Source of the DNA: Patescibacteria group bacterium
GTDB taxonomy: Bacteria > Patescibacteriota > Microgenomatia > UBA8517
Assembly (NCBI GenBank): GCA_042571305.1
Contig: JBHPHS010000001.1
Span: 2,781 to 66,780 of the forward strand
DNA: 64,000 nucleotides
Direction of reading: 5' to 3'
Numbering within the stretch: position 1 is the first letter of the stretch; every line of letters begins with the position of its first letter. The notes below the pieces were generated by a model, which saw only the letters and a list, made by a program, of their open reading frames with translations, did no database searches and had not been told where the DNA came from. The translations under genes and the position numbers were made by a program. Below are positions 1 through 7,581 of this stretch, piece after piece.

Positions 1-1
1 G

Positions 2-490
2 GTGTTAGCATATGAAACAACCTCTGATGATTCAATTGAAAAAGGAGTCAGGGTATATGCATCACTTCCCAGCTCCTTTCCTTCGTTTTCTGGATATGCA
101 GAGTCATCTGATGCAAGAACTGAAATAATTAAAAACTATCTTAAAGAGAACAGATCACCTCTTGAGCCATATGCTTATCAAATAGTGGAATCTGCCGATA
201 GATACGATCTTGACTATAGACTGATTACCGCAATTGCCCAAAAAGAATCAAATCTATGTAAAGTTATTCCACCTTCATCATACAACTGCTGGGGATGGGG
301 GATACACTCAAAAGGTACACTCGGATTTTCCTCATTTGAAGAAGGAATTGAAACAGTTTCCAAAGGAATTAAGCTAAATTATATAGACAAAGGATATGCA
401 ACGGTTGAAGAGATAATGAGCAAATATACTCCTTTGTCTAAAGGCTCCTGGGCGGAAGGGGTTAACCGTTTTATGGATGAGATGCAGTAA
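2..490 (+). CDS. GH73-like (mannosyl-glycoprotein endo-beta-N-acetylglucosaminidase domain) peptidoglycan hydrolase, 5'-truncated by the window edge
   Basis: The translation carries glucosaminidase-like blocks: AIAQKESNLCK (compare AQAILESGWG), SYNCWGWGI, FSSFEEGIETVSKGIKLNYI and GYATVEEI. It is a clear paralog of the 1415..1945 product. Confidence 0.5.
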   Translation: MLAYETTSDDSIEKGVRVYASLPSSFPSFSGYAESSDARTEIIKNYLKENRSPLEPYAYQIVESADRYDLDYRLITAIAQKESNLCKVIPPSSYNCWGWGIHSKGTLGFSSFEEGIETVSKGIKLNYIDKGYATVEEIMSKYTPLSKGSWAEGVNRFMDEMQ

Positions 491-509
491 GGAGGTATAA
501 TGTGACTTC

Positions 510-1268
510 ATGAGCACCTACTACGATAACTACGATTATCCAGCCTACTGGGAAGGAAGAGATTATGAGCACAAGTCAGAAATAATCGCCCTTAAAAGTT
601 TGCTTGAAAAGGTTCCTAAAATTCACACCGTAGTTGATGTAGGCGCAGGTTATGGCAGGTTAACTCCTTACTATGGTTATAGAGCCAAAAACATTATCCT
701 GTCGGATCCTTCTTCAAAACTTCTTTCTCTTGCAAGAAAAGCATTAAAAAACAAAAAAAACATTAGCTTTATTCCGTGCTGTCTTAAAACTGTGGTTAAA
801 AAAGTAAAAGGTAAAAAGATAAACCTGGTTATTATGATTAGGGTACTTCATCATCTTGACAACCTTGATAAAGCTTTTGCCCAAATTAATAAAACTCTAA
901 GACCTAACGGTTTTCTAATTCTTGAGTTTGCCAATAAAAGTCATTTTAAGGCAACCATATCTCAAATGTTTAAAGGAAACCTTACCTTTCCTATTGACAT
1001 CTTTCCCTCTGATTTAAGAAGTAAAAAGTCAAAAAAAGACAAATGTATACCCTTTTCAAATTACCATCCTGAAGAAATAAACAAAAAACTAACAGATAAC
1101 GGCTTTGAAATAATTGAAAAAAGGAGTGTCTCAAATATCAGAAGCACACTATTAAAAAGTATTATACCTATAGATATTCTTTTATACCTTGAGGATAAAC
1201 TTCAAATTTTATTATCCAGATATAACTTTGGTCCTTCTATTTTTCTTCTAGCCCAGAAAATGGGTTAA
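510..1268 (+). CDS. class I SAM-dependent methyltransferase
   Basis: Motif I VVDVGAGYGRLT is present, with a Rossmann-fold methyltransferase layout (motif II region LILEFA, post-I DPS). Confidence 0.6.
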   Translation: MSTYYDNYDYPAYWEGRDYEHKSEIIALKSLLEKVPKIHTVVDVGAGYGRLTPYYGYRAKNIILSDPSSKLLSLARKALKNKKNISFIPCCLKTVVKKVKGKKINLVIMIRVLHHLDNLDKAFAQINKTLRPNGFLILEFANKSHFKATISQMFKGNLTFPIDIFPSDLRSKKSKKDKCIPFSNYHPEEINKKLTDNGFEIIEKRSVSNIRSTLLKSIIPIDILLYLEDKLQILLSRYNFGPSIFLLAQKMG

Positions 1269-1281
1269 TACTCTCCAAGGC

Positions 1282-1310
1282 TTGACAAACCTATAATGTT
1301 ATGATATAGT
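1282..1310 (+). promoter_or_regulatory. sigma70-like promoter: -35 TTGACA, 17 bp spacer, extended -10 TGaTATAGT
   Basis: TTGACA lies at 1282-1287 and TG-n-TATAGT at 1302-1310. It sits between the methyltransferase stop and the downstream hairpin. Confidence 0.4.
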
Positions 1311-1364
1311 TCGCATCACGTTTCAAGGCAAGCATGGTTACATGTCGAGCGTTGAAATTTTCCT

Positions 1365-1396
1365 GGGGGAGTACTTTACGGTACTCCCTCTTTTTT
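1365..1396 (+). terminator. intrinsic terminator/attenuator hairpin (GGGGGAGTAC-loop-GTACTCCC(T)C followed by a T6 run) immediately before the RBS of the next gene
   Basis: A perfect 8-10 bp GC-rich stem with a 6 nt loop precedes TCTTTTTT. The SD AAGAGG at 1401-1406 and the ATG at 1415 follow directly. Confidence 0.55.
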
Positions 1397-1414
1397 GCTT
1401 AAGAGGCCAATTAT

Positions 1415-1945
1415 ATGAAAAAAGCAATCTATATTTCAATACTAATTTTGATCCTTGTTCTTATTAGTCCTAAATTAATAAGAGCTGAGGCTAACGTGGC
1501 AGAAAGATCGGCTTTACTTAAATCTCAAATTTCACAGGATAGTTATGATATAAGGGTAGAAATACTTAAAAACTATCTTCAAAAACACAACTCTCCCTTA
1601 GCGGATTATGCAAAGGAGCTTGTTGATTATGCAGATACCTATGAACTTGACTGGAGGATGGTTGCTGCAATCTCGGGTGTTGAGTCAACCTTTGGAAAAA
1701 GAATTCCACAAGGTTCATACAACGCCTATGGATGGGCAAATGGAAATTATCAATTTGAATCCTGGGATGATTCTATTGAGATCGTTTCAAAAACCTTAAA
1801 AGAAAAATACATTGAAAAAGGAGCGGTGAGTATTTCCCAAATTGCAAGACGTTATGCACCTCCATCTTCAACTTGGAGTTATAAGGTAAAGTATTTTATG
1901 AATAAGATAGATCCTTTAGCTGTTTCTTTTACTCTTGAGGTATAA
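1415..1945 (+). CDS. secreted GH73-like peptidoglycan hydrolase (paralog of the 2..490 product)
   Basis: It has an N-terminal signal peptide (MKKAIYISILILILVLISP). It shares AISGVESTFGKRIP, SYNAYGWANG and IEIVSKTLKEKYIEKG blocks with the first ORF. Confidence 0.5.
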   Translation: MKKAIYISILILILVLISPKLIRAEANVAERSALLKSQISQDSYDIRVEILKNYLQKHNSPLADYAKELVDYADTYELDWRMVAAISGVESTFGKRIPQGSYNAYGWANGNYQFESWDDSIEIVSKTLKEKYIEKGAVSISQIARRYAPPSSTWSYKVKYFMNKIDPLAVSFTLEV

Positions 1946-1956
1946 TATAAACTTAA

Positions 1957-2041
1957 GCAGATGTGGCGGAATTGGCAGACGCGCAGGATTTAGGATCCTG
2001 TGGGATAATATCCTGTAGAGGTTCGAGTCCTCTCATCTGCA
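1957..2041 (+). tRNA. tRNA-Leu (anticodon UAG)
   Basis: The sequence folds as a cloverleaf by hand. The acceptor stem is GCAGATG/CATCTGC+A. The anticodon stem CAGGA/TCCTG carries loop TTTAGGA (anticodon TAG, G37). A long variable arm and the T-arm GGTTCGAGTCC are present. Confidence 0.85.
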
Positions 2042-2241
2042 CAGATAAAAAAGTATATAATAAATTAATGAGTGTTAAACCTATTCATATTCACTGTGGT
2101 AGATTAGGTACAAAAAAAAGTTTTTTTCTTCTCTTTGTTCCAATAATTGCATTTGTAACTCTATTGACTGTATTGTGGTTTAGATTTGACAGAAGCGAGA
2201 GTGTTCTTAGTTCCCAGACACAAAATCCCTAAATAAAGATT

Positions 2242-2742
2242 ATGTTTAAACAGATATTCCTTCCTATCCTTGCAACCATTGCCTTTATTATATTGGTAGG
2301 ATTTTTATCTCAATCGTCAAATAATTCAAACTTTAACCTGCTATCAATAGCTTCCCCTTCTCCAACTTTCTACGAAATGACAGTTGGTGAAACCAAGGTT
2401 GATGTTGAAATTGCTAAAACTCAAAAGGAAAGACAGGTTGGTTTATCAAACCGCAGCTCACTTGATGAGAATAAAGGGATGCTTTTTGTTTTTGAAAAAA
2501 ATGTTACTCCTGTTTTCTGGATGAAAGATACCCAAATTGCACTTGATCTTATTTGGATTAAGGACGGGATGGTTATTGACATAACCAAGAATGTTCAACC
2601 TGAACCCGGGATTCCTGATGATAAACTAACGAGATATAATCCAGATGGGTTTGTTGATTATGTCCTAGAGGTTAACGGCGGATTTTCAGATAAATACTCC
2701 CTTAAGATAGGGGAGCCTGTACAAATTCCTCCAATTCCTTAA
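2242..2742 (+). CDS. DUF192 (COG1430) family protein with N-terminal TM/signal
   Basis: GMLFVFEKNVTPVFWMKDTQIALDLIWIKDGMVIDI and VLEVNGG match the DUF192 signature blocks. Confidence 0.55.
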   Translation: MFKQIFLPILATIAFIILVGFLSQSSNNSNFNLLSIASPSPTFYEMTVGETKVDVEIAKTQKERQVGLSNRSSLDENKGMLFVFEKNVTPVFWMKDTQIALDLIWIKDGMVIDITKNVQPEPGIPDDKLTRYNPDGFVDYVLEVNGGFSDKYSLKIGEPVQIPPIP

Positions 2743-3952
2743 CGCTTCCGAAGGCAATTCTGTCAGGAACCAAATCATTAGTTCCCAGCATTTTTGCGGA
2801 TGTTACACAAAATATTCCCCAACGTTTATTTAGAGAATCTACCGCCTCGGTGAGACTTTTTTTCTTGTCTACATCTTCAAAAAGATCAAGCTGAAGAGCT
2901 TGGGATGAAACCAAATTAAAAACAGAGATGGCCAAACTGGCAACTGGTTTTTTAAAGGGACAAACTTGTAAAATTCTCAGGGCTTCTTTAAAAAAATCTC
3001 TAGAATCAAACAAAACCCTAGCCGTTTTTGTCCCTTTGTGCCAATAGGTTTGGTCCTTAAATCCCAGGCTAAGATGCACCCCTTGGGCTTTATACCCAGC
3101 TTCCCTTAAGCGCATTCCCATTTTCTGGGTAAGCTTGGCCAATATTGGTAAAAACTCTCTTTTGTCATAAGCTGCCTTTGGAAGAACGTAAGAATTACCA
3201 AAACTTCCCCTTGTAGAAGCTACATCATCTATCTCATAACCATGTAGCCTTAAATGCCAATAATAGCCCACAATTGAACCAAAAGCGGCCCTAAGCTTCC
3301 AAACAGGCGCTTGATAGAAATCCCAGGGTGTATAAATACCCACCCCCTGCAGCCTCGTTGCATTTTGAAATTTAATTCCACAAAAATCAGTTAAGGAAAG
3401 ATCGGCATAAACCTTAGCAAAATTATGCTTGTCTATTTGCCTTAATCCGTCCGGTTTTTGCAAGTTTGAAGCGGTTTTGGCCAAAAATCTGTTTGTTGAA
3501 ATACCGATTGAAACGCTTATGTACTCACCAATATCTGCCTTTATTCTCTGTTTTATTTCTTTGGCAATTTCAAACATACTCCCTTTAACTTTGGGCTCAA
3601 GTACAAACTCATCTATGGATTTGGGATAAACCTCATCTGAATAATTACAAAGCAAATTTTTCAGCTTTAAATGAATGTTTCTGTATTTGTCGGGGTCAGG
3701 AAGAAGAACTGTTAGTTTCGGACAAACTCCCTTTGCAGCCCTAACCCTCATTCCTGTTTTTATGCCTAATCTTTTTGCTTCAGTGGAAGCCGCCAGAACA
3801 CATCCCGAAGGACCAAGATATGCGGCAACCGCAACAGGCTTTCCCCGAAGCAGGGGATTTGCCTGCTGTTCACAGGTTGCAAAGCAGGAATTGATGTCAA
3901 TATGCATTATCTTAGGTTGTATAGGGTTAAAATTCATCTGACACCTCCTCAA
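2702..3952 (-). CDS. dinB: Y-family DNA polymerase (DinB/Pol IV-like translesion polymerase)
   Basis: The N-terminus MHIDINSCFATCEQQANPLLRGKPVAVAAY is DinB-like, and SIDEFVLE carries the catalytic DE. The true start is probably an internal Met (MNFNP or MHID). Confidence 0.7.
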   Translation of the reverse strand: MRRCQMNFNPIQPKIMHIDINSCFATCEQQANPLLRGKPVAVAAYLGPSGCVLAASTEAKRLGIKTGMRVRAAKGVCPKLTVLLPDPDKYRNIHLKLKNLLCNYSDEVYPKSIDEFVLEPKVKGSMFEIAKEIKQRIKADIGEYISVSIGISTNRFLAKTASNLQKPDGLRQIDKHNFAKVYADLSLTDFCGIKFQNATRLQGVGIYTPWDFYQAPVWKLRAAFGSIVGYYWHLRLHGYEIDDVASTRGSFGNSYVLPKAAYDKREFLPILAKLTQKMGMRLREAGYKAQGVHLSLGFKDQTYWHKGTKTARVLFDSRDFFKEALRILQVCPFKKPVASLAISVFNLVSSQALQLDLFEDVDKKKSLTEAVDSLNKRWGIFCVTSAKMLGTNDLVPDRIAFGSVKELEEFVQAPLS

Positions 3953-4160
3953 GGACCCACTTAAGACTCTGGGTATTTAGCTTAAGTTTCAAAAAGAGTG
4001 TCCCACTAACAACCGAGAATATATGAATTAAGATTGATCCCTCCCAAAAACTGTGATGAAAACCAACTTTGTCTATTTTATAAACTCTTCCCCTCCAGGC
4101 AACCCATTTAGGAGAAGAGCTTAATCCTACCTCAACAGGTTCTGATATTGTCTCACTCAT
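3927..4160 (-). CDS. small hypothetical protein directly upstream of and co-oriented with the Y-family polymerase
   Basis: It is a 77 aa ORF overlapping the polymerase start region. It has no recognisable motif. It may be an accessory subunit or spurious. Confidence 0.3.
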   Translation of the reverse strand: MSETISEPVEVGLSSSPKWVAWRGRVYKIDKVGFHHSFWEGSILIHIFSVVSGTLFLKLKLNTQSLKWVLEEVSDEF

Positions 4161-4240
4161 ATATCTTATTTAACAACCTAATAAAACCCGAAGTCAAGAG
4201 GATTTTCTTGTAGAGAAAGCTAAAATCATTTAAACTTTTA

Positions 4241-5620
4241 TTGATGAAGGATCTTCCCAAACCCCCCTCTCTTAGAAAACTTCTTGGTCCAAGTTTTATC
4301 TTGTTAGGACTGGGTTTAGGAAGCGGGGAATTAATTCTTTGGCCTTATCTTGCTTCTAGGTTCGGTATGGGAATTATCTGGGGTGCAATCTTAGGAATAA
4401 CCTTTCAGTTTTTCATCAACATGGAGATAGAAAGATATGCCTTAATTACCGGTGAGAGTATCTTTGTGGGATTGGCAAGAAAACTAAAGAAGGTTTCTCC
4501 TGTTTGGTTTATTGTATCCACCATTATTCCTTGGATGTGGCCGGGGATTGTTGCTTCCTCAGCCGTTCTTTTAGCAAGCATCTTTGGTATTAAGTATTCA
4601 CCCATCATACCCATTGCCCTTCTTGTGTTTATAGGTATAGTTTTGACACTAGGACCCATCATCTACAAAACTCAGGAGGTATTCCAAAGAACACTGGTCC
4701 TTGTTAGTGTTCCTTTTATTTTTATTCTTGCGATTATCTTTGCCAAGGCACCTGACTGGCAAGCTTTAGCACATGGAATAATCGGAAAAGGAATTGATTT
4801 TTGGTTTTTGCCAAGTGGAATTTCCTTGGCTGCCTTTTTGGGTGCATTTGCCTATTCGGGTGCTGGTGGTAATCTGAATTTGGCACAATCTTTTTATATC
4901 AAAGAAAAAGGATACGGCATGGGAAAGTTTTCCGGAAGAATAACCAGTATCTTAACAGGAAAAAAGGAAAATCTGACACTTAAAGGAACTACTTTTAAGA
5001 TTACTCCCAAAAACCTTAAGCGCTTTAAAGCTTGGTGGAGACGCATCAACATTGAGCATGCTTTGGTATTTTGGGCAACTGGTGCCTTAACCATGGTAAT
5101 GCTTAGCTTTTTAGCATATACAACTGTCTTTAACTCAAATGAAACAATCGAAGGAATTGGTTTTATCTTAAAAGAAGGCTTATTTATCGGCCAACATACA
5201 CTACCTTTTGTAGGCATCTTTTTTGTATTAATTGCCGCTTTAATGCTTTTTTCAACCCAGTTTTCGATTCTTGATGCAACCAGCAGAATTTTGTCTGAAA
5301 ATATAATAATCTTTTCACCTAAGGTATTTAAAATTAGCTCACTTCCTAAATATTACTACACCTTTTTATGGCTACAGATTAGCTTGGGGGTATTGATATT
5401 TTCTTTAGGGGTAACCCAACCTTTTACCTTAATAGTAATTGGTGCGGTACTTAACGCAATTGCCATGTTTGTTTTTAGCGGGCTTGTCTTGTGGTTAAAC
5501 AAAACAAGGCTTAAAAAACCCCTAAGGCCTAATTTCATAAGAAGCTTTCTTGTAATTTTTGCAATTATCTTCTACGGAGTCTTTAGTGCAATTACCGTTT
5601 CTGGATATATATTCAAATGA
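4241..5620 (+). CDS. polytopic membrane transporter, NRAMP-superfamily-like (non-canonical TM1 motif)
   Basis: It has at least 10 hydrophobic helices. The N-terminal block LGPSFILLGLGLGSGELILWPYLASRFGMGIIWGAILG...ITGESI aligns to the NRAMP consensus GPGF...DPGN...GYKLLW...VTGKDL. GSGE replaces DPGN. Confidence 0.35.
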   Translation: MMKDLPKPPSLRKLLGPSFILLGLGLGSGELILWPYLASRFGMGIIWGAILGITFQFFINMEIERYALITGESIFVGLARKLKKVSPVWFIVSTIIPWMWPGIVASSAVLLASIFGIKYSPIIPIALLVFIGIVLTLGPIIYKTQEVFQRTLVLVSVPFIFILAIIFAKAPDWQALAHGIIGKGIDFWFLPSGISLAAFLGAFAYSGAGGNLNLAQSFYIKEKGYGMGKFSGRITSILTGKKENLTLKGTTFKITPKNLKRFKAWWRRINIEHALVFWATGALTMVMLSFLAYTTVFNSNETIEGIGFILKEGLFIGQHTLPFVGIFFVLIAALMLFSTQFSILDATSRILSENIIIFSPKVFKISSLPKYYYTFLWLQISLGVLIFSLGVTQPFTLIVIGAVLNAIAMFVFSGLVLWLNKTRLKKPLRPNFIRSFLVIFAIIFYGVFSAITVSGYIFK

Positions 5621-6606
5621 AGAAGATTTTCATAAGTTTTGTAATTTGTATTTTGTTGGTTGTCATGGGATGGTACCTAAATCAACTTTACAACAGTATT
5701 GGTGAGTCTGATTCTCAGGTAATTAATGTAATCAAACCCAGACCACTGGATAAATACACTATTGAGAATTTATCCAAAACCAAATACGAAGCAACTCCAA
5801 TTGAAAGAATGGAGGTTATTAACGAATATCCAAAATTTACCTCTTATAAGATTTTTATAAATATCGATGAGAAGAAGGTCTCGGGACTTATCAATATTCC
5901 CAAGGCAAAAGGGCAATTTCCGATAATTGTTATGTTTAGGGGATATGTTGATGTTAATCAGTACCAAACCGGTACAGGAACACAACATTCAGGAGAGGTT
6001 TTTGCAAACAACGGCTATATCACAATTGCACCTGATTTTTTGGGTTATGCAGATTCAGACCGTGAATCCGAAAATGTCTTTGAAGCAAGATTCCAAACCT
6101 ACACTACAGCACTAGCAATTCTTTCCTCAGTTAAAACAATCCCTGAATGGGACGGGGAAAACATCTTTATCTGGGGACATAGTAATGGTGGTCAAATTGC
6201 TTTAACAATCCTTGAAATAACGGGGCAAGCCTACCCTACGGTTCTTTGGGCACCTGTATCCAAACCATTTCCATACTCAGTTCTATACTACACCGATGAA
6301 GCAGATGATAAAGGAAAATTCTTAAGAGCTGAACTTGCTAATTTTGAGGATACTTACGATACGGATCTTTACTCAATACATACTTATCTTGACAAAATTA
6401 CAGCACCAATTTTACTGCAACAAGGAACTTTAGATGATGCGGTACCTGTGTCATGGAGTGATTGGCTTAACGACACGCTTAAAAAACAGGAAAAAGATAT
6501 AACTTACATAACCTACCCAGGAGCTGATCATAATATGACACCTTCTTGGAACAATGTAGTTGTTAGGGATTTACAATTTTATAGAAATCATATTAAAATG
6601 AATTAA
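5617..6606 (+). CDS. alpha/beta-hydrolase fold protein (S9/dienelactone-hydrolase-like), secreted or membrane-anchored
   Basis: The nucleophile elbow is GHSNGG (IWGHSNGGQIAL). Asp and His candidates lie downstream (GTLDDA, GADHNM). It overlaps the previous gene by 4 nt. Confidence 0.55.
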   Translation: MKKIFISFVICILLVVMGWYLNQLYNSIGESDSQVINVIKPRPLDKYTIENLSKTKYEATPIERMEVINEYPKFTSYKIFINIDEKKVSGLINIPKAKGQFPIIVMFRGYVDVNQYQTGTGTQHSGEVFANNGYITIAPDFLGYADSDRESENVFEARFQTYTTALAILSSVKTIPEWDGENIFIWGHSNGGQIALTILEITGQAYPTVLWAPVSKPFPYSVLYYTDEADDKGKFLRAELANFEDTYDTDLYSIHTYLDKITAPILLQQGTLDDAVPVSWSDWLNDTLKKQEKDITYITYPGADHNMTPSWNNVVVRDLQFYRNHIKMN

Positions 6607-6944
6607 TGAGACTAATAATAAGGTTGGCCATAAACGTTTTTGCGCTTCTTGTCGTTGAATATCTAGTTCCTGGGTTTATTTTAAGGGATTATTGGACAGC
6701 TATTGTTGCTGCTGTCGTTATTGGTGTTGTTAATACTTTCATTAAACCGGTTTTGCAGGTTGTTGCACTGCCTATTTCCATTCTAACCTTTGGAATATTT
6801 GCTTTTCTAATTAACGTACTATTGCTTTGGGGAACTTCAATGTTTGTACCAGGCTTTGAAATTGCGAGCTTTGAGACTGCAATTATTGCATCAATCGTGC
6901 TTTCTTTGGTTTCTTGGTTTCTTCACAAATTAGCATCAAACTAG
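6606..6944 (+). CDS. PF04020-like (phage holin 4/DUF360, YvlD-like) small membrane protein
   Basis: It has four TM segments. The block VIGVVNTFIKPVLQVVALPISILTFGIFAFLINVLLL is typical of the family. Confidence 0.45.
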   Translation: MRLIIRLAINVFALLVVEYLVPGFILRDYWTAIVAAVVIGVVNTFIKPVLQVVALPISILTFGIFAFLINVLLLWGTSMFVPGFEIASFETAIIASIVLSLVSWFLHKLASN

Positions 6945-6957
6945 TTTAAACTACTAA

Positions 6958-7026
6958 AACCCCGCTTCCTAAACTTACATCTGGAAATACTCATGCAAGA
7001 TTTAATCTTGCCTATTTAACGGGGTT
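6958..7026. terminator. bidirectional terminator-like nested hairpin between convergent genes
   Basis: The outer arms AACCCCG...CGGGGTT enclose a perfect inner hairpin GCAAGAT-TTA-ATCTTGC. The minus strand reads CGGGGTTTTAG. Confidence 0.3.
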
Positions 7027-7273
7027 CCATCGGTTTTGCCTCGTTTACGTTAATCTTGCGACCCTTAAGGTCTGATCCGTTTATTTTTTCAATTGCTGCT
7101 TTAGCCTCATCATCTGAGCTCATTTCAACAAAACCGAATCCACGGCTTCTTCCGGACATTTTGTCCATGATTACAACCGCATCAACAACACTACCAACCT
7201 GTGCAAATGCTTGCTTTAAATCATCACCTGTTACGGTATAGTCAAGATTGCCAACAAAAAGTTTAGCTGCCAT
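7016..7273 (-). CDS. RRM-type glycine-poor RNA-binding protein
   Basis: RNP-2 KLFVGNL and RNP-1 RGFGFVEM are both present. Confidence 0.85.
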   Translation of the reverse strand: MAAKLFVGNLDYTVTGDDLKQAFAQVGSVVDAVVIMDKMSGRSRGFGFVEMSSDDEAKAAIEKINGSDLKGRKINVNEAKPMEPR

Positions 7274-7279
7274 ATTTAT

Positions 7280-7312
7280 TTACTTAAAGAAATTTTTCAC
7301 CTCCTTTCTCAT
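7280..7312 (-). CDS. candidate 10-codon upstream ORF (MRKEVKNFFK) in the RRM gene leader
   Basis: An ATG lies 39 nt upstream in-frame with a TAA stop 6 nt before the RRM ATG. The only strong SD (AGGAGGTG) lies inside this uORF, 25 nt from the RRM start. Confidence 0.2.
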   Translation of the reverse strand: MRKEVKNFFK

Positions 7313-7581
7313 TTTTAACTTTCTTTCGTTAAAAGGAGGATTACTTACTTATCGAAGTTTCTCACTCTCTTTCACTTAAAGATAAAGTCAATGTATTATA
7401 TAATAGGTAAATGAAAAAATATATCAAGAAAAAGAAAGGTCCTACACTTGGCTTTAGAACTCCTGATTTTTTCAAGGAAAGTAATTTTAGCGGTAAAAGG
7501 GCAGGGTCTAAATTTAATCAGTCACGGTTTAGGATTCAGCATAAAAGCGGTGGACATTAAAATGTGCTAAAATAGCCTCCT

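Noticed and set aside
1608-1799. Many short antisense or overlapping ORFs in the track (for example 1608..1799, 3429..3629, 4405..4662, 7056..7241, 16901..17428, 26645..27067, 40674..41108, 47654..47941)
   Set aside because: Each lies entirely inside a longer gene with clear homology on the same or opposite strand. They have no motifs and their composition is typical of shadow ORFs.
1963-2232. 89 aa ORF MAELADAQDLGSCGIISCRGSSPLICT...
   Set aside because: Its first about 80 nt are the tRNA-Leu(UAG) gene read as protein. The remainder is low-complexity, so it is spurious.
7333-7345. Plus-strand Shine-Dalgarno-like AAGGAGGA at 7333-7340
   Set aside because: No ATG, GTG or TTG lies within 15 nt downstream. 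It is simply the complement of a polypyrimidine run on the coding minus strand.
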